In this document: one piece after another, positions 39,737-52,354 of the stretch
Layout: each line of letters opens with the position of its first letter
Numbering within the stretch: position 1 is the stretch's first letter
Assembly: GCF_006345805.1 (NCBI RefSeq)
Contig: NC_043014.1
Coordinates: 54,064,001 to 54,128,000 of the forward strand
DNA from: Octopus sinensis
Taxonomy: Eukaryota
Reading direction: 5' to 3'
Length of the DNA: 64,000 bases
Program-made: the position numbers and the translations under genes
Notes under the pieces: model-generated
Told to the model about the DNA's origin: nothing
The model's input: the letters and a program-made list of their open reading frames with translations, nothing else
Databases searched by the model: none

Positions 39737-40204
39737 TTTGGGTTTAAAGAACATCGAAATTCTTTTGTCACAAAACGGTTTCTGAAAATCAGTTTTCCTT
39801 TCGAACTGTTCTCAATATTTGGTCATTCGATTTTTGAAGATTTCCTTTTCAGCTGCTCCCACTCATGTCAAACTATTCCAAAACTTTAAAACTGAATGTC
39901 TCCCACCCACCCCCATTGCATTCAGTCCCCTTGTCCACTTACCATTTTGTTTGTTTATATAGAGGTGGCCCTTGATGAGACGGGACACAGTGTCGCGTAT
40001 TTAGACAGAGAATCAGAGAGAAAAAGGGAAGCGAGAGAGAGAGAGAGAGAGAGCGGTTGAAGAGAATAGAAACGGAGAATCACGCGGAAAGTTCCGCCGA
40101 GAAAGATCCTCGGTGAGGTTTGGCAATGTTTATTTACAAAGCATTTTCTCTTGAAATCGGAAACTGTTTTGCGACACAGAATTTCGATGTTCTTTAAACC
40201 CAAA
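39737..40204. repeat. 45-bp inverted repeat (arms 39737-39782 and 40160-40204)
   Basis: 27 bp perfect (TTTGGGTTTAAAGAACATCGAAATTCT), extending with 3 mismatches and 1 indel. Confidence 0.9.
39943..40028 (-). promoter_or_regulatory. Candidate alternative UTP4 first exon: TCT/TOP-like start, ending CAAAATG|GTAAGT
   Basis: CCCTTTTT (YYCTTTYY) at 40028-40021; ATG directly before a consensus donor; in frame with the exon starting at 38107. Confidence 0.5.
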
Positions 40205-40489
40205 GACACAGTTCTTCAAAGAAGGGGAAAGTGAAATTACGCAAGATCTGCCGATGAATCGACGATGCACCGATTCTAGAGTGAAAGGATTTCTCGATCG
40301 GCGATAAATAATCCCCACGTGTTTTAGACGGAGTCAAGTCGAAAGTAGAATTGTACACAACAGGGTCGATAAAAGCGTGTATATATATATAGATGTTATA
40401 CATGTGTGTGTGTGCGTATTGTACATACTGACAAAAATGTTGGAAGTCAATAAGAAACGAGACTGAAATCTAGAATTTAAGAAACTTAC

Positions 40490-40600
40490 CAGAATTGAAC
40501 CAAACCCGAAACTAAGAGAAATCGCGTGGACGACGGTGTAACCGGAAGTAGCCGGTGTTAAAGGAAATGAGAGTCGAATAAATTTTGTTCCGACATTAAA
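40490..40600 (-). promoter_or_regulatory. Probable UTP4 promoter / non-coding first exon
   Basis: CpG-rich patch, ETS-type ACCGGAAGT at 40541-40549, strong minus-strand donor CTG|GTAAGT at 40489; upstream boundary approximate. Confidence 0.6.
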
Positions 40601-41296
40601 TTTTTTTTTTTCAACCTGATGAATGAATTTTAGAGATGTACTTGCATAGCAAGTGATTTGATCTGAGATCGTGTGCTGGAACGAAAACAATTGCAGCGTG
40701 GAAGGTGTTTGTAAGCCATTTAAGAAACACACAAAAGCCGTTCGAATGAATTTTAACAGTCTGAGAATATTTCCGATTTACAAGAAACGAAGATTGAATG
40801 TTTGTGATCTTTATATATTTCTTAAAGACGTTTGATATAAAAATGAAGCAAAAACGGTGAAAATTAGTAATTAAAGCCAGTTGTGAATTTCCCTCCTGTA
40901 TTGCTTATTTAACACGAAGACAATTCTGACCCAGAAAAAAATTGGATGGAAAATATTCCAGCGCTGAACCCTTTTCCTCCCCAAACCTATAGTTCTCCCG
41001 TCAGAGTGTATTTAGGACTTATGTTATATACTGAATCCATTTTATCAGAGTGGGAGAATAAGGTTTGAGGGAGAATTTAGTTCCTATTTTGCAAGTGCTC
41101 TCGGGTTCCCTTTTTAACTCATTATCTGTTTCTTTAATTTTATTGATTTAATCTTTCCAATTATTCCTGAGAATCTTGTTAAGTGTATTCCAACCATTTC
41201 AAATTTTCACCAGATTATTTATTGAAATGTAAAAATTATGAATAAAAAAGTTAGAAGCATTTAAAGTTATGTAATTTTAACCATTTGGCAGCCTCA

Positions 41297-41342
41297 GTTG
41301 CCAGGCATACAAGAAGTTGTGACTGTTTGTCGCCATGGGAAC
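41297..41342. promoter_or_regulatory. Paired RFX X-box-like motifs
   Basis: GTCGCCATGGGAAC (41329-41342) fits GTYNCCATGGNAAC; degenerate GTTGCCAGGCATAC at 41297-41310. Confidence 0.4.
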
Positions 41343-41959
41343 AACACACATAAATCGGACCCCATAAATCCTTTACGTGGTCTCTTGACCTGTTAGAAAT
41401 AGCAGCCATATGGTAAAGTGGTTACGTGTTTTTGACCAGCAATTCTGATGAGTTGGTCTTTACTGCCAAGTGCTACACATGAAATCCTGGGTTTGAAGGA
41501 TTAAGACTGATCAGAGATTATCTCAAGAAATGTTGTACAGGGCATCCATCGATTCCTGAATTTCTGCTTCAAAGGCTTCTGTGAAGAGAACTGAAGAGTC
41601 TTCAAGGACGTAAAGCCCCTGACTTCAAGATGGTTTCGGAGCCATTTACTATCATTGCTCCACTAAAATTACATCCGTAACAATGAGAAAATGTCGTCAT
41701 CGTAACTTTAAAAAGATCGAAAGTGGAATTAGCAACGGTTGGAGTTATTATACTGGACTTTCCGCCGAGGTCGACTTTGCCTTTCATCCTTTCGGGGGTC
41801 GATAAATTAAGTACCAGTTACGTACTGTGGTCGATGTAATCGACTTAATCCGTTTGTCTGTCCTTGTTTGTCCTCTCTGTGTTTAGCCCCTTGTGGGTAG
41901 TAAAGAAATAGTTATTATACTGGACTGTATTAATTACTGGGCTATGTAAGTTATTGTAT

Positions 41960-42184
41960 TATGAGGGGGTGAGGCTGAAATGTTGCTGGATTTTGGGTAA
42001 AAGAAAATCCAGGAGGATCAGTTAATTATGATTTTATTCAACACATTCCCCTCTCAGATTCACACACTTATTGCAGCAGTCCTTCAGATCTTCTAAGTCC
42101 TGTAAAAGAACTCAGAAAGTTGGGCCTCCAGTCAGGCTTTTCGTGACACCCTTAAAGCCAGGACCTTTTCAGTACCCGCGCGTA
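41960..42184. mobile_element. Mariner-type MITE
   Basis: Degenerate TIRs TATGAGGGGGT..CTGAAATGTTGCTGG / CCAGGACCTTTTCAGTACCCGCGCGTA, TA-bounded. Confidence 0.6.
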
Positions 42185-43125
42185 GATTCTATAAGTTAAC
42201 ACCTGATGATGGTCAGTGGACGGAACCTTGGGTCAAGGTAGATAACTCTGCTTAGTCCAGTTGGTCCGAGTATAAAAGGCAAAAAGACAAAAAGAAAACC
42301 AGTCGGTTTCCACTCCGATGGCTCTGCCACTTCACGGTTGAGTGTTTAGCAGGAGGGGTGAGGGGGTTATTGATGAGTTGTAAAGATAATTGCTTCAGCA
42401 AAACAGCCTCTCGTGTTACCCATGCAAATATGGAGAGAAGGGAGGCAAAGCTGTTTATAAATAAATCAAAATAAATACAGAAACAAATACTATTTCCAGG
42501 AATGTGGTAGAAAGGAATCCAAAGACCCAGTTTTCGATGGTAGGAGGGCATGGAGTGTTTACGGAAACAGCTGTATGGACTGTATGTAACCATAGGGGAT
42601 CTGGAGAAAAATTTGTGTTCATCATCATCATCAACATCATCAAAACTACCACCACCACCACCACTGCCATCATCATCATCATCATCATTCTCCTCCTCTT
42701 CTTCGTATCATCATCCTCATCAGCCTCATTGTTGCTGTCGTCATCATCCTCATCATGAAAGGCAACATCAAAGCCTCACATCTTTCATCTAAACTTCGTC
42801 CTTCTCCCCCTCCTCCTGATCCCACCACCACCATTTCCCAGCTGATTTCCTTCCCTCATGACCACCCCCACTCACTGGTGATAAATATTGATGTGAGAAG
42901 CAGAAGAATATAGAACTGGACGAGGACTACAAGGCGACAAAGCTGTTTTATTAGGGTTAGGGTCCTGAGTGCAGAAGGGGGACACAAAAGGGCCCCTTTT
43001 GAGATCTATTCAACCGACAACAAACACCCTGGTGCAAATCTATGATTCAAGTTTTGATCAATGGAGAACAAAGGAAAATGAGTCACAAAGAGAGAGAGAG
43101 TGGGAGAGGGAGAGAGAGAGAGAGG

Positions 43126-43198
<73 letters not shown>

Positions 43199-45427
43199 GG
43201 TGGTTTTGGCTGGCAGAAAAATATTGATAATATTGGATTTGAAGGGATGTAAAAAAAAAAGATAAAAATAAAAATTCGTAACAGTAAAAATACTGCAACG
43301 TTTACATCTTGGTCATCAACATAATCATCATCCTCTTCATCATCATCATTATTATTATCATTATTATTATTATTATTACTATTATTATTATTATTATTAT
43401 TATTGAGTGAGAGGGCAGCGCATGCCATCAAAGTGACTCTGGGGTACAAATATACGAAACCCAGTTTACAAATCATGACCGGCCGTCATGTGAGGGTTTA
43501 TACCTATTTCTTTACTACCCACAAGGGGCTAAACACAGAGGGGACAAACAAGGACAGACATGGGTATTAAGTCGATTACATCGATCCAGTGTGTAACTGG
43601 TACTTATTTAATCGACCCCGAAAGGATGAAAGGCAAAGTCGACCTCGGCGGAATTTGAACTCAGAACATAACGGCAGACAAAATATCGCAAAGCATTTCG
43701 CCCGGCGTGCTAACGTTTCTGCCAGCTCGTCCTCGGTGAGGGTTATACGGGACACACGTGCGTGTCACGGTGATCTCATCCCAGTGCATGACCTTGCAGG
43801 GAGTGGGAGGGGGGGAGGTGTCCAGTGGTTGTTGTTGTTGCTATTGATGCAGTTGTAAAAAAAAACCTGTTTATTGCCGAAACATTAGAACGCATGTAAT
43901 TCTCTCCCTTTACCTGTGGAGCGCTGTTTCAGCCGAGCTGGTTTCCTGGGTATGCATGCATGGACACACACACACACACACACACTCAGACACACACACA
44001 TGTGCACACACACACACACACACACTTTCTTCAATCAAAACACAAGACATTTTGCACCATGCACACAAGGTTAATTGCAAATAGTAATGGAGCAATTAAT
44101 ATTTTAGTTAACTGTGCGCTGTGATTGATTTTTAAGCCACCATATTTACAGATCAATAAATATACACCATCTGCCACCCCCACCCCTCTACCCCCGCCTT
44201 CTCCTGTTCCTGTTTGTGCAGCCAAGTGCAGCCATTGCCTGCAGAACACTGTTTGAATTGCAATATCTAGGAAGCCTGCAGTAGTTTTGGTAAGTATATT
44301 TTATTAAAATTACTAAATGATATAAAGTTGGTTTTTTTTCTTATGTGCTTCTTTTAAAAACCATTTTGTGTGTGATTTGGTGCCAATGAAATCCTCATTG
44401 GAATCTGCCAATGTTTTTCAGAGTTTTTTTTTTGTATTAACAATGGGACACACAGAACCTGTTCCAAAATTACCAGGAGACACTTTCAAGTTTATATTTC
44501 CTCAAGCATTTTACTGCTCAGATACTTTTGACAAAGGAAAAAAATTTGGCTAAACATAAGATCATCATCATCATCATCATCACTACCACTGACCCCACCT
44601 CCACCACCACCACCACATATGCTGGGGGGAGCAGCCATCACTGCGACTGCTATCACTGCCACCACCACATACTCATTTGAGAGGGGACATTATTACTGAG
44701 ATCAAATCCAACCAAAGTTTACTTTGTATTTCCCTGGGGTTGGACACCTCATCCCAATTTATGTCGTACCAATTCCACTTGGCCACAACAAGAAAGCTAC
44801 TCTTTCTCTGACACTTCACTCCATTCTATTCATTTTTCTCTTAGCAAAAAGTTCTCCGTCCCTACCCGGGGTCCATTGTTTTGCTGGGGACACACAGAAA
44901 GCACTCAGCCCACTCTGTAAAGGGATTGGCGTTAGGAAGGGAATTCAGTGTTAGAAGCCAGGCCAAATCTGACACTGGGGCACAATAGGGTCCCTCAGGC
45001 TTATTGGATTCTGTCAATCTCTCTGACCCATGCCAACATTGACAATGGACAGTAAAGGATGATGATGATAATGATGATGACGGTGGTGGTGGTGATGATG
45101 AAGATGATGTGTCAATGTAAAACAATCTTTTTGATAATACTTTAATAATCTCCATCAACAGCTCAACCACCAAAACCATTGTTTAATATTATCCTTATGA
45201 GCAAATGTATCTCCCTTTAGTTTTTAGGTGCATGTGGTGACTATCATGAACCTCACTGCATCCCATGGCATCCCCCATCATAATCATCATCATCATCATC
45301 AACATCAACCTCACTATCATATATTCCTGACAGTCAACTCAAGAACATACGTAAAATACCCAAAGTGGATTTGAACTTGAAACCTATTAACTATTAGTGC
45401 AATACCTTGACCACTCGGCCATTGCAC

Positions 45428-45784
<357 letters not shown>

Positions 45785-46525
45785 TGTTGTGTCTGGAGAG
45801 AGTCATTTTCAGTAAAAGTTTACCGGTGAGTGTGTTATATTATGAGGCACAAAAAGAGAATGACTCTCCCCAGACACAACAGAATATGCTTCAACACACA
45901 AACTCATATAAAGAATCTTGCAAACCAAATCCAAAAATGAAATATATACATATATATAGTGTGTGTGTGTGTGTGTGCTTGTGTCTGTAAAAGTATGTGT
46001 GTGTGTATATACATGAGTATGTGTGTATATGTATGAGTATATATATATATATATATATGTGTGAGTGTGTATTCGTATTTGTGTATGTGCATGTATTTGT
46101 GTGTGAGTATTTGTGTATATGTATCTGTATATTTATGCGTGTGCATGTGTATGTATGTATGTGTGTGTTTATTTATTAATATCTAAGATCTTAATTAATC
46201 AGTGTTAATTGGTAAAAAGAAAAATGAGAGTTAAAAAAATATTCAATTATGGAGGTTATATAATTAACTTTAATGTTGCACTAATTGCCAAATGTATGTT
46301 AATTGATGTATAAATTAGTGTGATTTGGTGCAGGATACAGAACTAGTCAAGTGGTCAGCACTGTGGTCAAGATACTTGACTCTCAAGTGGCCAAGACTAC
46401 CTTGGTATAAATACGGTGGCAGAGAAAACAACTCAGTGTTCTTTAAAGACATGAATATACACATGAGTGTTGCATGCATCTGTGCACGTAGGCATAATAA
46501 TAATAATAGTAATAGTAATAATAAT

Positions 46526-47240
46526 AAGTGCAAAAGATTGTCTTAACTGGTACATCACACCTATTGAGAAGAGCATTGTCGATGTGAGAACTATTACTAC
46601 CCATGTATTTTAATTTAACTTTATTTCTATCAAAAAAAAAAAATGAACGAACTAGTGAGTTTAGTTTAATGGCCTACCAATGTATACTATGAGTTTCTTT
46701 GCCCTGGGAGTCGGGAAGACACTCGGCAAGAAATGGAAGCAAATTTGAAAGAAGAAGAAAAACCCATAAATAATAATAATAATAATAATAATGTTTATTA
46801 ATTGACATGAGTATTCCTTGCGATCACAATATAGCGGCGAAAGAATTTAACATGATCAGTAAATATAAAGACTTGCTAATAGAAGTTGAAAAAATGTGGC
46901 ATCTCAAGGCGACTACAGTACCAGTGATTGTAGGATCTCTAGGAATGATTAAAAAAAGGGTACTGAAACCTATTTGAAAATGATTCCAGGCTTACCATCC
47001 CTACAGGAAGTGCAAAGAAGTCATGTTAACTGGAACGGCTCATGAACTGAGAAGAGCATTATTGTTGTGAAAACAACATCCATCCATGAATTTATTTGTT
47101 TATTAATTTTTTAAATACATGTTTTATCTGTGAATTTGCGTGTGTAATCTGGGAATGCATACAATGAGCTTCTCTGCCCTAGGTGTACGGAAAACACTCG
47201 GCGAGAAACGGAAGAAAATTTGAAGAAAGAAGGAAAAAAC
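46526..47240 (+). mobile_element. Two tandem 5'-truncated R4/Dong-like (RLE) non-LTR element 3' ends inside (TAA)n
   Basis: LLIDMSIPCDHNIAAKE...KYKDLLIEVEKMWHLKATTVPVIVGSLG and LTGTxHxLRRAL; shared 3' tail; each copy bounded by TAA repeats. Confidence 0.8.
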
Positions 47241-47259
47241 ATAATAATAATAATAATAA

Positions 47260-47510
47260 TGAACTTATTGAACATAGTGTTGCTCAGGTGTACAACAACT
47301 CCTCAGAAAAAGTAAGCAAAACTGAAAGAACAGCATGTAGAATATACCCAGGAAGTGAACAGTGAAAAAGAAGACAAAAATAAGGTTGCAGGGGTTGTGT
47401 TGGCGGATTTCAGAGAGAATGGAAGTTTTGAAGGATGTAGTGTCCTGATAGCTAACACCTGATGGGGGTAGTTTATTCCATGCTTCAGCAATTCTGAGCA
47501 TTAAAAAAAA
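47260..47510 (-). mobile_element. CR1/L2-like LINE 3' end
   Basis: LRIAEAWNKLP...SFKT motif; ends in an (ATT)n tail. Confidence 0.6.
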
Positions 47511-47841
47511 GGTGAACGTATGTGTGCGTGCATCTGTGCGTGTGTGTGTGTGTATGCGTGTGTGTGTCTTTGTATTTGTGTTTTTCCTCCACTGCTGCTT
47601 GACAACTGGTATTGATTTGCTAACTTAGCAGTTCAGCAGAAGAGTCTGATAAAATAAGTTGCAGGCCTCAAAGGAATAGGTTCTGGGGCTGACTTGCTCG
47701 ACTGAAACTCTTCAAGGCAGTGCCCCAGCATGGTCGCAGTCTAATGAGACTAAAACAAGTAAAAGGATGAAAGATATACATACATACATAAGTATATACA
47801 TGTATATGTATGTATATATATGTATATATATATGTATATAT

Positions 47842-47915
<74 letters not shown>

Positions 47916-47924
47916 ATATATATG

Positions 47925-47956
<32 letters not shown>

Positions 47957-48153
47957 TATATATATATGTATATATATGTATATATATATTTATATATATA
48001 TGTATACATCCTTATGTTCCGAGTTCAAATTCAACCGAAGTCGACTTTGCCTTTCCTCCTTTCAGGGTTGATAAAGTAAGTACCAGTTGAGCACTGGGGC
48101 TGATGTAATCAATGTACCTCTGCCAAAATTTGAAACCATCATTATTATTATTA

Positions 48154-48726
48154 TTATTACCTCTGCTTTAGCGAGGGTGGAGGTATTGTTTTCAGTTGTG
48201 TTTGTTTGTTTGTTTGTCCCTTAGACAAGATATCTCAAGAACCACCGGATGGATTCGGATGAAACTTTCAGGGATGTTTGGCCTTGTGACTGGCACAAAC
48301 CGATTAGATTTTGGGATCGATCCGGTACCGGAAAAGGATTCTGGATTATTTGTTATATTTACTTTACATGATCACAATCTTACATTGACATTCGAGTCTT
48401 TCCCTGATTATCTCCCTTTAGGCTCTAACTATTTCCAATGGTGAATTTGTTAACTTTGGTTTGTATTTGATGAGGATAAACTATTTATTACTGTTTCTAA
48501 ATTTCCTACAACCACCTTCACATTCCATGACTACCATTGGGATCGATCAGGTACCAGACAAGGGTCCTGGATTATTTTTCCTGTTTTTTTTACTTGATTT
48601 TTAAGGGCAATCAGGTTCATTTTTAGTAGTCTCGTTTGTGAGAGCAGTCGAGTTTATTTCTAATCATTGAGAGGACCCTTGGTGTTGCCTTTGCTGAGGT
48701 TTGTGCGCTCCCTGAGTGCTCTTGTT
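48154..48726 (+). mobile_element. Non-autonomous Helentron/HINE-like element
   Basis: Starts TTATTACCTC...GGAGGTATTGTTTT, internal (GTTT)n, duplicated GGGATCGATC core, ends GAGGTTTG + small hairpin + TTGTT in a T-rich site. Confidence 0.6.
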
Positions 48727-50492
48727 ATTATTATTATAAGTAAAATTGTAAAGCACAATTTCAAATGACTTATACTATTTAATGTCAACTTTACTACAAT
48801 CTGAGTACAAAATCCATCCATCACTGACTTTGCCATTAATGTGCCTCAACTACCAGTAATGAACTGGGGTCAGCTCATTCTCATAACACTGGATATTAAC
48901 ATATGATACTACTCTTCTCTTGAGACTACAAGGAATCCTTTACACCAGAGAAATTCCTTAAAGACTCTCATTGCCAAACATCTCAGGAAAATCCATTATT
49001 TTTCTTGGCACATGTGTGAACCTCACCACATCACAAGTTCTCATGCACTCACTGTTTTCCCATTGTAATAAAAAGGTTCCTCTCCTGTCCCTGCTCTAAA
49101 TGGTGACTCAACCTGTTGGAAGTAGGAGCAAAATCTCCCTCGATTCATACAGTACAGTCTTAAACGCTTTCTCTGAAAATCGTGTGCTGACCTGCAAAAT
49201 ATCTGCTCACATTTTCTCACACGAAACACACAAGCTTCCATTATAGTCTCTCTCACAACTTCATTTTCACACTTATACAAAGAGAAAATAACACAAAGCC
49301 TCTCAGGACAAACAACTTGTACTTTAATTTCTCAAAGCAGTTTTCGTTCTAAACAAGTTTATTCTTTTAACCCTGCATTTACCATGATGTGGGTTATGCT
49401 TTACTGATGAGGTCAGAAAGGGCTGAAACATGTCCACAGTTGTTTCTAATACTAGCAAAACAAAAATAATATTATCGATCAATATTTCATTTTTATTTCC
49501 CATCGCATATTTTTCCTAACCTACTTTTAACCATCCGATCTAACTCACCTTGCTCTCACCCATTACTTCTGGGTTTTGCTTCTATATTTACAATTTCTTC
49601 CCTAATTCTTTGTCAGGTTCAGCAATGAGGACCAATCAAATAAACATAATAGACACATGGCTGACCAGTCGTAACTTCTCTATTATGGCCCTTAGAACTA
49701 GAAGACCCAAGAGGGGTCTTGGAACTGATTCCCGACAGACATCTACTTCCATGATGAATTCACTGCTAAACTCTCTTGCACCTTCCATTGCAGGCTCTCA
49801 CGAGAAGCTATTTATCTAAACTTTGAAACCCTTCACAACCCCAACATTACAGAGTGTGTTACTTCAGCAAACACCCTCCCCGGGATGACAAATGCTAGGT
49901 ACATTCATTTGGTCCTTCCCAAGAACTTTCCCAGTTATTGTCTCACTAGAAAGACGATATCAGCACTATCCCAAATGGCCCCTAATACACACACACACAC
50001 ACCGTTCAATATTTAGGATTACAAAAGAACTATTAGTAGTTCTATAACGTGCTGTGTATCTCTGAGCAATCATTCAGGCTCAGCTCAGATTTCTTGGAGA
50101 TAAATGGCTCGTTACATAATTAATGGCCAATTTAATGAATCTCAAGGCCTGAAACCATTGGTAGACCTTTTGTAATTCTGAATGTTAAATGGTTTTTATC
50201 TTTCACTGGATGGAGAGTTATTTTTGTTGATCCTACCTATAAGGGAACTGTAAACAATACACACACACACACACACACACACCATATATATAAGATGTCA
50301 AATAACATAAGGTAACAGGTGACTGGTGTGAGTACTCAGGTGAAATTTGCATCCAAACTCCTACATTCGATGCTGGGATCTGATGATGTCAGCAACAGAA
50401 GACAACGCATCAACTGAGCTGCTGCGACAGAACACAGCTGGAAACGAGCAACCAACAGGGACCGACTCACTTTGTAGTATATATATATATAC

Positions 50493-50534
<42 letters not shown>

Positions 50535-52305
50535 CATACATACATACACACACACATACATACACACACACATGCATACATACATACATACATACACACA
50601 TACATGCATACATCCATCCATCCATACATACAAACATACATGCATACATACACACATATATACATACATACACACATACATACATACATACATACATACA
50701 TCCATACATACATACATACATACATACATATTACATACACACACACATGCATACATACATGCATACATACATACACACACATATGCATACATACATGCAT
50801 ACATACATACACACATCCATCCATACATCCATCCATCCATCCATCCATACATCCATCCATACATACATATGTGGTTGTGTGGTAAGAAGTTCGCTTCCCA
50901 ACCACATGGTTCTTGGTTCAGTCCCACTGCGTGGCACCTTGGGCAAGTGTCTTTTACTATAGCCTCAGGCCCACCAAAGCCTTGTGGGTGGATTTGGTAG
51001 ATGGAAACTGAAAGAAGCCCATCATATATATACATATATATGTATGTACATGTTTGTGTGTCTGTGTTTGTCCCCCCCCCCCCAACATCGCTTGACAACT
51101 GATGCTGGTGCGTTTACGTCCCCATAACTTTGCAGTTCAGCAAAAGAGACTGATACAATAAGTACTAAGCTTACAAAGAATAAGTCCTGGTGTCGATTTG
51201 CTCAACTAAAGGCAGTGCCCCAGCATGGCCACAGTCAAATGAGTGAAACAAGTAAAAGAATATATGTGTGTGTGTGTGTGTACACACAAGGTGTGATAGA
51301 AAATGAAAATCTTTCCTTTCTTTTCTTCCCCATCGTTCTCCCCCCCCCCGCTGCCCCTCGGCCCCCAGCCCCCCCGCTGCCCCTCGGCCCCTAGTCCCCC
51401 CCCCGCTGCACCTCGGCCCCCACCCAATTCCTTTTTAGTCGTTTTTTAGGTCAAGTATTTCTCCCTCCACACAACACAATGATGAAGACAAGTATTGACA
51501 TGGTTTTTCAGGTTCTTGCTGTTGTTGTTGTTGTTGCTGTTGTTGTTGTTGTTGTTGTTGCTGTTGTTGTTCTTGTTGTTGTTCTTGTTGCTGTTGTTGT
51601 TGTTGTTGTTGTTCTTGTTTGTTCTGTTTCTTGTTTTAGAAATGAGCAAACCTTAAAGAAAAGATCTCACAACAAAACACTCACACGCGAGAGTTTATTC
51701 TGTTTGAATACACACACACACGCACACACAAGCACGCATACACACGCACACACATACGCGCACAGGCACACACGTGCACACAGGCACACACACAAGTACG
51801 CACACACGCACGCATACACACACACAAACACATGTGCACTCACAAACACACGCACACACACACACCCCCCTCCTTAGCTGCCAATTTGTACTTTTAACCA
51901 GTTTAGATCTTTACCTGGGTTGGGACGAGGCGGAGGAGGAGGAGTAGGAGGGACTCTCGGTGTTCTTCAGGTGTTTTTGCCAGGTAATGGTTCATGACAA
52001 AGGATTTTGTTTTCCAAACATGTGGTCTCAGGTTCAATCCCACCTTGAGCAAGGGTCTTCTACCATAGCCCAGGGCTGACCAAAGACATGGAAATGAGTT
52101 TGTTGGACAGAAACTGAAAAGAAGTCCATCCTCTGTGTGTGTGTGCGTGTGTGTGTGTGTGTTTGTGTGTGTGTTTGTGTGTGTGTTTGTGTGTGTGTTT
52201 GCGTGTGTGTTTGTGTGTGTGTTTGTGTGTGTGTATGTATGTTTGCGTGTGTGTATGTGTGTGTGTGTATGTTTGTGTGTGCGTATGTATGTTTGCGTGT
52301 ATGTT

Positions 52306-52354
<49 letters not shown>

